From NCBI GenBank assembly GCA_963623435.1, contig CAVFMG010000001.1, positions 1 through 60,134 on the forward strand: 60,134 nucleotides of DNA, given 5' to 3'. This DNA comes from Odoribacter splanchnicus. Its GTDB lineage: Bacteria; Bacillota; Clostridia; Lachnospirales; Lachnospiraceae. Shown here piece after piece: positions 9,710 through 18,195 of this stretch. Below the pieces are notes generated by a model. It was not told the DNA's origin, ran no database searches, and saw only the letters and a program-made list of their open reading frames with translations. Within the stretch, counting starts at the first letter, position 1; every line of letters starts with the position of its first letter. The position numbers and the translations under genes are program-made.

Positions 9710-9739
9710 ACTGTTCAGAAGAAAGGGAAGGGAAAGCAT

Positions 9740-10324
9740 ATGGGTATCCAAAAAGTATATTATGTTCCGAATTATTTAACAGATGAGGCCTGCTGTGCAT
9801 ATTTCGGAGAAGACTATAACTTCTATGAAGGGAATGCGTTTGACTATTCCAGGTATAAAATCCGGGGATGCGTTGCCGGACAGAATTATGAATACATACA
9901 GAAATTTCCCTACATGGCTGATTGTGAAGATTTTAAGTATCCAAACTGCACTGGATATATTTTGGAAAACAAACAGGATAAAGACTGCTTTGATATCTAT
10001 AAAGTAGACGAAACCAAGGACGGAAGGTATTGTGAACTTGTGGGCGACCTTGTCCCCGGAGAGGCAACAGATTCCAGAGGAATACGGCGGAGAGGATATG
10101 ATATTCATGTCTGGAAACCGGAATATGCGGGATGGGCGTGGGTTGGATTTACAGACGGAATCCCTGCAGTGGGGGCAGCCTATGTTCTTCTGATGCGGGA
10201 GGATGAAATTTTCTGGGATCGAAAATTATACTGTGGAGAAAAGTGTTGGAAGGCCGGAGAGCCCAAACCGTCAGGAACCCCGGAGATAGGCACCAGATTC
10301 CGGTGGAGAGACGACAGATTTTAG
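9740..10324 (+). CDS. Hypothetical Tyr/Cys/Trp-rich protein
   Basis: 194-aa ORF with purine-rich RBS, in operon with the rSAM gene; no family recognised. Confidence 0.75.
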   Translation: MGIQKVYYVPNYLTDEACCAYFGEDYNFYEGNAFDYSRYKIRGCVAGQNYEYIQKFPYMADCEDFKYPNCTGYILENKQDKDCFDIYKVDETKDGRYCELVGDLVPGEATDSRGIRRRGYDIHVWKPEYAGWAWVGFTDGIPAVGAAYVLLMREDEIFWDRKLYCGEKCWKAGEPKPSGTPEIGTRFRWRDDRF

Positions 10325-10357
10325 AGACAGGTAAGCGATTTGTGGGAGGGAATAACC

Positions 10358-11668
10358 TTGAACAGAGAGGACTATTTAATCGATTATATAAAAATGGAGA
10401 AAGACTATTGGGCAATTGATATGGGAGAGCGCCTTTTTGTCTTTCATGCATTGAACGGAGAGCCTTTTATCGTCGAAAAAAGTGATCTTGGAGATGATTA
10501 TAAAAATGTTGAATTCGAAGGGATAGATGATTCCGCCGACAAAAGGAAGAAAATCACAGAGGTTTCGGAGCAATATCAGAAGAATTATTTTGGACCGACA
10601 GGAATTGACCTGTCTGTTTCCGAAGTGTGCAATTTGGGATGCCCTATGTGCTTCCATAATGTGGCATTACATAATACGTGCAAAAGAAATATTACGAAGC
10701 TGATGAGTTTTGAAAAGGCAAAGGAGTGGATCGATTATTACATTGAGTATGCCGATGAACACCGGCTGCCGACTTATACATTCCATATCGGATCCGCCGA
10801 ACCTTTTATAAATAAAGAGAATTTGTGGAAGATCATTTCATATATCCATCAGCAGACAAGCGGGCATCCCACGGATATTTTCCTGAACAGCAATCTTACT
10901 TTAATAGAGGAAGAGGATGTTCTTAAGATCAAAAAATACGGGATCCATATTTTCGTGGGAATAGACGGTCTGCAACAGGCGAACGATTCTACCAGAGTCT
11001 ATAAAGCAGACGGACGGGGAACTTTTGAAGATATTATTCAAAAAGTAAAATTATTGATAGCGAATGGCGTGGAAGTTGGAGTAAATATAACTCTGACAAA
11101 CGATAACTTTGAAAAGGTTGATGCAAAAGAAACCGTTGACTTTTTTGCGGAGCTTGGCATCAAAAGTCTGTTGATAGATACCGATGTTGTAACACATATC
11201 GAATATAATACAAAGGAAATTGTAGATAAATTAATGGATTTCACGATGTATTGTGATGAAAAAAATATGATATCCTACGGTTCCTGGAGGATCCCGTTTA
11301 ACATGCTGACAGCGGAGAACTCTGCGACAGAGCCTAAGTCGTTCTGCGCAGCCAGAACGGGAAAAAATATTGTTGTGACACCATCGAAGGGAATTACCTT
11401 CTGCACCTATTCCAGTAAAATCATGACTCCCGAGACGGATTCTCCGAAGGCAGCCCTGGAATTATATACAGAAGAAGTCAGAAAAATGATGAGTGCTACG
11501 CTGCCGGGAAAAGTGGAAAAGTGCAAGGGCTGTGCATTGGAAGGATTCTGCATGGGAGGATGTATGCTCGCACACGAAAACCATGGAGAGAATAACTACA
11601 TGTGCGATATCTATCTGGAGGCAACCAGACGATTAGTGAGATATTATTATTCAAATTATGAAGAATAG
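10358..11668 (+). CDS. Radical SAM / SPASM-domain peptide or protein maturase (TTG start after GGGAGG)
   Basis: CNLGCPMC (CxxxCxxC), IDG..ND..R..GRGTF, SPASM cysteines FC..FC..CKGCALEGFCMGGC..MC. Confidence 0.92.
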   Translation: MNREDYLIDYIKMEKDYWAIDMGERLFVFHALNGEPFIVEKSDLGDDYKNVEFEGIDDSADKRKKITEVSEQYQKNYFGPTGIDLSVSEVCNLGCPMCFHNVALHNTCKRNITKLMSFEKAKEWIDYYIEYADEHRLPTYTFHIGSAEPFINKENLWKIISYIHQQTSGHPTDIFLNSNLTLIEEEDVLKIKKYGIHIFVGIDGLQQANDSTRVYKADGRGTFEDIIQKVKLLIANGVEVGVNITLTNDNFEKVDAKETVDFFAELGIKSLLIDTDVVTHIEYNTKEIVDKLMDFTMYCDEKNMISYGSWRIPFNMLTAENSATEPKSFCAARTGKNIVVTPSKGITFCTYSSKIMTPETDSPKAALELYTEEVRKMMSATLPGKVEKCKGCALEGFCMGGCMLAHENHGENNYMCDIYLEATRRLVRYYYSNYEE

Positions 11669-11700
11669 TAATAAAAGCATGATGGAAGGAGGAAACATTC

Positions 11701-11784
11701 ATGAAGAAAGTAGTGAAAGTGAAAAAAATCAAACTGAAACCGATCGCGCAGATGTGCGGAGGCAGAACCACCTGCTGCAACTAA
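11701..11784 (+). CDS. Putative RiPP precursor peptide MKKVVKVKKIKLKPIAQMCGGRTTCCN (27 aa, not in ORF track)
   Basis: RBS AAGGAGG 7 nt upstream; Lys-rich leader-like half and Cys-containing core; directly after the rSAM gene and before a terminator. Confidence 0.72.
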   Translation: MKKVVKVKKIKLKPIAQMCGGRTTCCN

Positions 11785-11801
11785 ATAATTCGGACAGTGA
11801 G

Positions 11802-11841
11802 ACCGCGGAGTATATGTTTATATATTCCGCGGTTTTCATTT
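11802..11841 (+). terminator. Intrinsic terminator after the peptide gene
   Basis: ACCGCGGAGTATAT-gttt-ATATATTCCGCGGT followed by TTTCATTT. Confidence 0.8.
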
Positions 11842-11844
11842 CCC

Positions 11845-11887
11845 GAAAAATGATTCCCTCATTCGTTATATATAACAGAAGCAATTC
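11845..11887 (+). promoter_or_regulatory. Repeated island motif copy 3
   Basis: 28 bp (11860-11887) identical to 8696-8723; directly before the RBS of ORF 11909. Confidence 0.65.
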
Positions 11888-11908
11888 CATAACGAGGAGG
11901 ACACAGGG

Positions 11909-13102
11909 ATGAACATTATTACAGAGACGAGAGAAAATATTGAAAACTGGTTTGGCAGAAAGCAGAGAAAAGCATATCGGAGAATGCAGGGGGATAATTA
12001 CCGGGGGTATGTGTATCAGCTGACGCTGCCGGATACCGGTATAGAATGTACCGCAGTGATCCGCCTGACGGATCTGAACATGCTGGTGTATGAGCTGTAT
12101 TCTGGAATCCGTGTACTGGATCCGGTATTGATGGCTCCGGTGGCGCTGTATTGCCAGCAGCGTGTGAAGACCGGATTCGGCGGTATGGAGGCAGAGGAGC
12201 TGAGCGGCTGCATCACGTATTGCGCAGAGACTGTATTCCGGGAAAGCGCGGTCAGTGAAGAGACTTTGGAGCTGTATGAAGAGGAAGCCATCCGCACCAT
12301 CTGTGCCCATTATGAGAACCTGAAAGCACTGGCTTCGGGGAGATTTTTGTCACTGGAAGAGCCGGTGGAGGTCGCTTACGCAGCAGAGAAAAAAGTGGAT
12401 ACGGAGGCAGCAGCCGCAGCAATCAGAATCTACCTGGAATCCGAAAACCATAACATTAGGGCAGAGAACCTGAATGCAGATAATGAGAATAAATTCCTGT
12501 GTGAGATCAGAGTCGGCGGAAAACATCTTCTGGTAAATTATGCGGTCTCCGATTGTGGAATCCTGACGCTGACGGGTTACTACGGAACGTCGCAGATGCC
12601 GGTAAAAAAGGAATACCGGTATGCGGTGGCGGAATATCTGAACAGACAGAATTCCACCAATCTGTATGGCATGCTCCGTGTGGGAACAGAAAATGGAGGC
12701 TGGTCCTGCAGCATCTCCACCAGTCTTTTGGACGAGCCTGCCTCAGGGAGAGTCATTTCGAATATGGAGAGAATCCTGATGGAAAACATGACAGACTGCG
12801 CGACAGCAGTAGAACGGTTATCCGCAGGACTTTTGCCCAGTGATGGAAGCCAGGAAAGAGAGTTAAAGAAGCAGATGGAAATGCTGTCGAGCAAACTGCT
12901 GGGAAATGTATTAGGCAATCTTCCCTTTGGAGACGATACCGATGACGAGGAAAAAATCTGTGAAGTGAGTCCGGATAACGATGCGGAAGACAATGACGCA
13001 GATGCTAATGATACAAATGCTAATGATACAGAGGATGACGTTACCATGGACGACTGGTTAAAGCAGCTCTCCCTTCCGGAGCCTGCGCCGGAGGCAGTCT
13101 GA
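11909..13102 (+). CDS. Protein with two putative YbjN / T3SS-chaperone-like domains and an acidic tail
   Basis: Two similar ~140-aa halves; AVAEYLNRQN..YG pattern is YbjN-like; Asp-rich C-terminus. Confidence 0.5.
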   Translation: MNIITETRENIENWFGRKQRKAYRRMQGDNYRGYVYQLTLPDTGIECTAVIRLTDLNMLVYELYSGIRVLDPVLMAPVALYCQQRVKTGFGGMEAEELSGCITYCAETVFRESAVSEETLELYEEEAIRTICAHYENLKALASGRFLSLEEPVEVAYAAEKKVDTEAAAAAIRIYLESENHNIRAENLNADNENKFLCEIRVGGKHLLVNYAVSDCGILTLTGYYGTSQMPVKKEYRYAVAEYLNRQNSTNLYGMLRVGTENGGWSCSISTSLLDEPASGRVISNMERILMENMTDCATAVERLSAGLLPSDGSQERELKKQMEMLSSKLLGNVLGNLPFGDDTDDEEKICEVSPDNDAEDNDADANDTNANDTEDDVTMDDWLKQLSLPEPAPEAV

Positions 13103-13135
13103 GACCTATGTAAAACAGACGCGGAGGAAAACGTT

Positions 13136-14902
13136 GTGAAGAAGAATACCATGGATTCCATAGAGTACATACAGAATTATGCTTTTGCGGGGGAAATGAG
13201 CCTGTTAGCGTATTACTACACCGTATTTGTCAGCTTACAGGGATGCACAGCTCCACAGTCACTGCTGATTCTCGAAGTGGCACAGCTCTGCGGGCTGGTG
13301 GTGGATCTGCTGCAGGTGTTCCGGATTCCCAAATGTGGCTGGAGCATTTTAACCACTATGTTTTTCCTGCTTGGCGGATATACGTTTGTGACTTATTACC
13401 GAAATAATCCCGCACTGTACCTAAGCGTTCTGGTGGTGGCAGCAGTCGTGGCTATCGGTCATTCAGCGTGGGTGTTCACGCGGAAAAATAACGCAGAGGA
13501 GGAAATGCAGAAACGTTTCCGATTCAGGATGCGAAAAAGCAGCATGGGTGTGAAGGCGGTAGCAGCAGTGGCGGGAATCTTTTTTATCCTGTGTTCCGCT
13601 GCAATAAAATACATTCCCCAGGCGGAAAATGTGTTATACAGAACCGTGTATACAGATGCGGATGCCCTGGATGCCCACATAGAGGAGCTGCAGAACCTGA
13701 AAGCGGAGAACTATGCTATGTTGACTGTCTCTGAGAAGATAAAGCTGCTGCAGGTGGTCGCGGATATCGAAGGGAGATACCTGGGACTGGATACGAGGAT
13801 CACAGTAGGCTGTTCGGATCTGAAGGAAGATGTTCTGGGATATTACAAAGATTCCACAAAAGAGATTCAGATCGACACGGAATATTTGGATTCCGAGTCC
13901 AGAGAGGTAGTCTGTTTGCTGGCTCATGAGATGTATCATGCGGCGCAGCGACAGTATGCGAGAATCTACGATAAACTGTCACAGGATGAAAAAAAGTCTT
14001 ATTTTCTGACAGAAGCAGCAGAATATGCGGAGGAATTAAAGCATTATAAAAGCGGGGAGGAAGGAGGTGCCTATGAATATTTTTCCTATTATTCCCAGAC
14101 ACTGGAGCGTGAGGCAAGAGCCTACGGACTGGTCAGCGCAGAGCAGATTTTCCAGCGTATCGAGGAGGAATATGATGCAGGCGATGCAGAAGCCGTGGAA
14201 CCGGTACGGGTGGAGGAGAATACACTCACGGCGTTACCGCGCAGTGAGACCTATTACGAGGATGGGGAAGTTACGGAGATTGTGAATTATGCATATGATG
14301 ACAATTTCACTTATAAGGACACGATTCATGTGCGGGAAGATAATTCCGTGACAAAAGTGATCCTGGATGCTGACGGGAACGAACTATTGTCACAGGGAAT
14401 GTTCAGCGGGGGGATCCTGACCAGCACTTATACATATGAATATCGGGAGAACACAGACCGTAAGCAGGTGCAATATTGTTATGAAGGAGAGGGAAAAAAT
14501 TTCTCACGCTTAACAGTTGTATTGTATAATAAATATGGTGATGAGATCTATAAACTGGTGCAGGCGGACAGTGACAGAATCTACGAGTATCGTACCAGCT
14601 ATACCTACGATGACCAGGGGCAGTTAAGTACTAAAAAAGTAGCGTATGCAATGGACGGAGAGGCGGCACATATGACCAGAGAAACCGGTTATTCGTACGA
14701 TGAAAATGGAAGAGTGGAAGAGGAAGTCGTGAAGACCTGCATGGGACTGGATACTTCCGACCCTTCCCATACAGATAAGGTTTGGATCCGCTACGAATAT
14801 GATAATCAGGGAAGAGAGATCCGCCGGGAACAGAGAAGCCAGACACCGTCAGAGGCGGTGTGGGTGTGCGAGACCAGTTATGATGAGGAGGAACGGATAT
14901 GA
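13136..14902 (+). CDS. Membrane-anchored zincin-like metallopeptidase with C-terminal YD/RHS-like repeats
   Basis: N-terminal TM helices; LAHEMYHAAQ..EREA; repeated YxYDxxG motifs (YTYDDQG, YSYDENG, YEYDNQG). Confidence 0.7.
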   Translation: MKKNTMDSIEYIQNYAFAGEMSLLAYYYTVFVSLQGCTAPQSLLILEVAQLCGLVVDLLQVFRIPKCGWSILTTMFFLLGGYTFVTYYRNNPALYLSVLVVAAVVAIGHSAWVFTRKNNAEEEMQKRFRFRMRKSSMGVKAVAAVAGIFFILCSAAIKYIPQAENVLYRTVYTDADALDAHIEELQNLKAENYAMLTVSEKIKLLQVVADIEGRYLGLDTRITVGCSDLKEDVLGYYKDSTKEIQIDTEYLDSESREVVCLLAHEMYHAAQRQYARIYDKLSQDEKKSYFLTEAAEYAEELKHYKSGEEGGAYEYFSYYSQTLEREARAYGLVSAEQIFQRIEEEYDAGDAEAVEPVRVEENTLTALPRSETYYEDGEVTEIVNYAYDDNFTYKDTIHVREDNSVTKVILDADGNELLSQGMFSGGILTSTYTYEYRENTDRKQVQYCYEGEGKNFSRLTVVLYNKYGDEIYKLVQADSDRIYEYRTSYTYDDQGQLSTKKVAYAMDGEAAHMTRETGYSYDENGRVEEEVVKTCMGLDTSDPSHTDKVWIRYEYDNQGREIRREQRSQTPSEAVWVCETSYDEEERI

Positions 14903-15606
14903 GAGCACTTGTGATACCGGATGTTCATTTGAAGCCGTATATGTTCGCGGAAGCCGCCGAACGGATGAGAAGGGGCGTTGCGGACCGCGCAGTGTGCCTG
15001 ATGGATATCCCGGATGACTGGGGCAGAGAATATGATCTGGAACTGTATGTACAGACCTTTGACGCGGCAATCTCTTTTGCAAAGGAATTTTCCGATACCC
15101 TGTGGTGCTATGGGAATCATGATCTGTGCTATCTGTGGAATGAGCGGGAATCGGGATACAGCCGGGCAGCCGCCTATACGGTCAGAAATAAACTGGAGGA
15201 ACTAAAAGATGCATTGCCGTCGGAGAACCAGATCCGTTACATACATAGAATCGATGATGTATTGTTCTGCCATGGCGGCATCTTACAGGCATTCGTTGAG
15301 GAAAATGTGGAAAATACAGGCTCCGTGGACGAAACCCTCGCAGAGATAAATGCCATGGGACCGGAGCAGCTATGGTGCAGTGCCAGCCCTATCTGGTACC
15401 GCCCGCAGGACAGCCGGGAGCTTATGTATGGAGAAGGCAGTCTCTTGCAGGTCGTGGGACATACACCGGTGAAGAAAATATATAAGAGCGGCAACGTGAT
15501 CTCCTGTGATGTATTTTCCACCTATCGGGACGGACGCCCCATCGGAACACAGGAATATCCGGTGATCGACACAGTGAAAAAATCTCTTTCCATTCGTTAT
15601 ATATAA
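14899..15606 (+). CDS. Calcineurin-like metallophosphoesterase
   Basis: PDVH, MDIPD, GNHD, CHGG and VGHT motifs; ATGA overlap with the upstream gene. Confidence 0.9.
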   Translation: MRALVIPDVHLKPYMFAEAAERMRRGVADRAVCLMDIPDDWGREYDLELYVQTFDAAISFAKEFSDTLWCYGNHDLCYLWNERESGYSRAAAYTVRNKLEELKDALPSENQIRYIHRIDDVLFCHGGILQAFVEENVENTGSVDETLAEINAMGPEQLWCSASPIWYRPQDSRELMYGEGSLLQVVGHTPVKKIYKSGNVISCDVFSTYRDGRPIGTQEYPVIDTVKKSLSIRYI

Positions 15607-15611
15607 CAGAA
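15576..15611 (+). promoter_or_regulatory. Repeated island motif copy 4
   Basis: GAAAAAATCTCTTTCCATTCGTTATATATAACAGAA before the RBS of ORF 15634. Confidence 0.65.
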
Positions 15612-15633
15612 AACAATATGGGAGGAGAAAAAT

Positions 15634-16641
15634 ATGGAGAGCTATGGAAGAGAATATCCCCTGCAGCTGATCCGGGATTGGGACAAATCTATGGTGGGGC
15701 AGCGGGAGTATAAGGAAGCGTTGGCGAGAAATCTGTATCGTTATGTGGTAAAAGGAGAAGTCCCTTCCTCGATGCTGGTCATGGGACCGACGGGTTCCGG
15801 CAAGACATTCCTGCCGACCTTGTTCAAGAAGTCAAAACTTTGCCCTCCGCAGTTTACCGTATTTATAAAAAATATCTCCTGCCTGACCATGGAAGGGGTA
15901 AAAGGAGAGGATCTGGAGGAAATATTTAAGGAATACAAAACCCTGTGTCAGGCACAGGGAAACCGTGGATATCGTGGCCTGATCTACCTGGATGAGGTGG
16001 ATAAACTGATCACTTCCCAGGAAAGCGCCGTCGAATTTGTGGCAGATCAGGGGCGGATGGTACAGCACCAGCTGATGCAGATCCTGGATGGCGGAGAAAT
16101 GGCAGGGGTGCCGCTTAACAAGATTATGTTTGTATTCGGCGGAGCATTTTATCAGCTTCGTGACAGAAAAAAGGAGACCGAGAACTTTCGTCCCATTGGC
16201 TTTGGAGCGGAAAGCATCCGGAAACCTGTGTTATTAAAGGATAACACCATCAGAGAGAAACTGACAGAGATCGGATTTCAGAGGGAATTCTTAGGACGCA
16301 TCGGACAGATTGTCCAGCTGCAGTCACTGAACGAGGCGGAACTGAAAGCCCTTTTCCTACATCCCACAAAGGGGGTACTCAGCAGGCTGCAGAAAGAATA
16401 CGAGGCAGATGGAATCCGGCTGGAAGTGGAAGATGCCGTGGTAGATGATATCATCCGGTCTGTGGTACAGGAGAATCTCGGAGCCAGATCCCTTCCGAAT
16501 GTCATGGAGCAGCTGTTAAGTGGGGCGTGGATCCGGTGCATTGAGGAAGGTTATGATAAAATTATTATTAATAAAGGAACTTTATGCGGAGAAGGCGTGA
16601 AATTTTCCAAGGAGAATCATTATATAAGTATGAGTGTATGA
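15634..16641 (+). CDS. ClpX-like AAA+ ATPase lacking the N-terminal zinc-binding domain
   Basis: VGQ, GPTGSGKT, IYLDEVDK, VQHQLMQILDG, FVFGGAF, IGF loop, EFLGRI, LGARSL. Confidence 0.85.
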   Translation: MESYGREYPLQLIRDWDKSMVGQREYKEALARNLYRYVVKGEVPSSMLVMGPTGSGKTFLPTLFKKSKLCPPQFTVFIKNISCLTMEGVKGEDLEEIFKEYKTLCQAQGNRGYRGLIYLDEVDKLITSQESAVEFVADQGRMVQHQLMQILDGGEMAGVPLNKIMFVFGGAFYQLRDRKKETENFRPIGFGAESIRKPVLLKDNTIREKLTEIGFQREFLGRIGQIVQLQSLNEAELKALFLHPTKGVLSRLQKEYEADGIRLEVEDAVVDDIIRSVVQENLGARSLPNVMEQLLSGAWIRCIEEGYDKIIINKGTLCGEGVKFSKENHYISMSV

Positions 16642-16659
16642 CAAAATGCTCTGAAAACC

Positions 16660-16689
16660 TTGACATTTCCGCTATTTCGGTATTATCAT
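16660..16689 (+). promoter_or_regulatory. sigmaA promoter of pheST
   Basis: TTGACA at 16660 and TATCAT at 16684. Confidence 0.6.
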
Positions 16690-16696
16690 ATCAAGG

Positions 16697-16994
16697 TAAA
16701 GGCAATGAACGTGCACAGTAAGATTCTATTTTCCTGACAGAGAGGGAAGCCCACCGGCTGAAAAGCTTCCTGAGGTTCAAGCAGAATCGAAATTCCCACG
16801 CGAGCCGCATACCGGAAGAATTCGAGAGCAGAGGTCATGGATTTGGTAGGGTATGACGTTTCCTCACTCGTTACGTGAGTTAAGAGTCTTATCGTGAATG
16901 TAAAGATAATTTTCATTTTTCACATAAGGAATTTGGGTGGTACCGCGGATATAAATTCGTCCCAATGGGGTGAACTTGTATGCGCGGTTTTCTT
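16697..16994 (+). promoter_or_regulatory. T-box riboswitch (Phe)
   Basis: Stem I AGAGA/GCTGAA motifs, specifier TTC at 16793-16795, T-box AATTTGGGTGGTACCGCG 16930-16947, terminator ending GCGGTTTTC. Confidence 0.92.
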
Positions 16995-17061
16995 GTATAT
17001 AAATTTCCCCAGGCACAAGTAAAAATACGTGTGAATCATTCACACAGAAATGAGGAGTAAG

Positions 17062-18105
17062 ATGGCAGATTTAAACGAATTGAATGAAAAAGTCGAACAG
17101 ATCAAAGCCGACATCCGGGAACAGCTGGAGAAGATCGAGAACACCAAGGGTGTCTATGAGTACAAAAAGACCATTCTCGACAAGAACGGCATTATCGGCG
17201 GACTGATGAAGCAGATGGGTTCCGTGCCCAAAGAAGAGAAGGCTGACTTCGGTAAAAAAGTCAACGAACTGAAAAACTGGGCCAGCGAGCATTTCGATGA
17301 GCTGAACACGAAGTTAAAAGAAAAAGAGATGGAGCTGCGCTACGAGAGCGAGAAGATCGATATCTCCATGCCGGCAAAGAGCCGCAAGACCGGTAATCTG
17401 CATCCCGTAACCCAGGTGCGTAACCAGTTGATCGATATCTTCGCATCCATGGGCTTCAGCGTATACGAAGGTACCGAGATCGAGACCGATTATTACAACT
17501 TTACCGCACTGAATACCCCGCAGGATCATCCCGCAAGAGACATGCAGGATACCTTCTACCTGTCTCCGGAATTCCTGTTAAGAACCCAGACCTCCGCAGG
17601 TCAGGTTCATGTTATGGAGAGCCAGAAGCCTCCTATCAAGATCTTAAGTCCCGGTAAAGTATTCCGTTCCGACGATGATGCAACCCACTCTCCCATGTTT
17701 ACCCAGATGGAGGGTCTCGTAGTGGACAAGACCATCACTCTGTGTGACCTGAAGGGTATGCTGGAAGTACTGGTACAGAAGATCTTCGGTGAAGGCACCA
17801 CCACGAGACTGCGTCCCTCTTACTTCCCGTTCACCGAGCCTTCCGTAGAGGTAGATGTCAGCTGCTTCGCCTGCGGTGGCTGTGGCTGCCGTCTGTGCAA
17901 GGGTACCGGCTGGATTGAAGTACTGGGTGCAGGTATTGTAAATAAGAAGGTGCTGGAGAACTGCGGCATTGACTCCGAGGAGTACAGTGGACTGGCATTC
18001 GGTATCGGTATTGAGCGTCTGGCAATGTTAAAGTATGGTATTAACAATATCAAGCTGTTATATCAATCTGATATGCGTGTACTGGATCAGATCAATGATG
18101 ACTAA
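17062..18105 (+). CDS. pheS: Phenylalanine-tRNA ligase alpha subunit
   Basis: [38 protein letters not shown]. Confidence 0.98.
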   Translation: MADLNELNEKVEQIKADIREQLEKIENTKGVYEYKKTILDKNGIIGGLMKQMGSVPKEEKADFGKKVNELKNWASEHFDELNTKLKEKEMELRYESEKIDISMPAKSRKTGNLHPVTQVRNQLIDIFASMGFSVYEGTEIETDYYNFTALNTPQDHPARDMQDTFYLSPEFLLRTQTSAGQVHVMESQKPPIKILSPGKVFRSDDDATHSPMFTQMEGLVVDKTITLCDLKGMLEVLVQKIFGEGTTTRLRPSYFPFTEPSVEVDVSCFACGGCGCRLCKGTGWIEVLGAGIVNKKVLENCGIDSEEYSGLAFGIGIERLAMLKYGINNIKLLYQSDMRVLDQINDD

Positions 18106-18195
18106 GATCACAGGAATATGATTTTAAAACAGTAACGATGCAAGGAACATTACGAGAGGATGTCGTACAAGACGGCGTCGAAGGAGGTAAAAGAT

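Noticed and set aside
9597..9779. 60-aa ORF in the track
   Set aside because: TTG start without RBS; overlaps the better supported 9560-9709 ORF and the 9740 gene
11658..11912. 84-aa ORF in the track after the rSAM gene
   Set aside because: No RBS, and it runs through a terminator and the promoter motif; the 27-aa ORF in another frame has the strong RBS
8677..16641. Prophage remnant suggested by the XRE switch
   Set aside because: No integrase, replication, structural or lysis genes recognised
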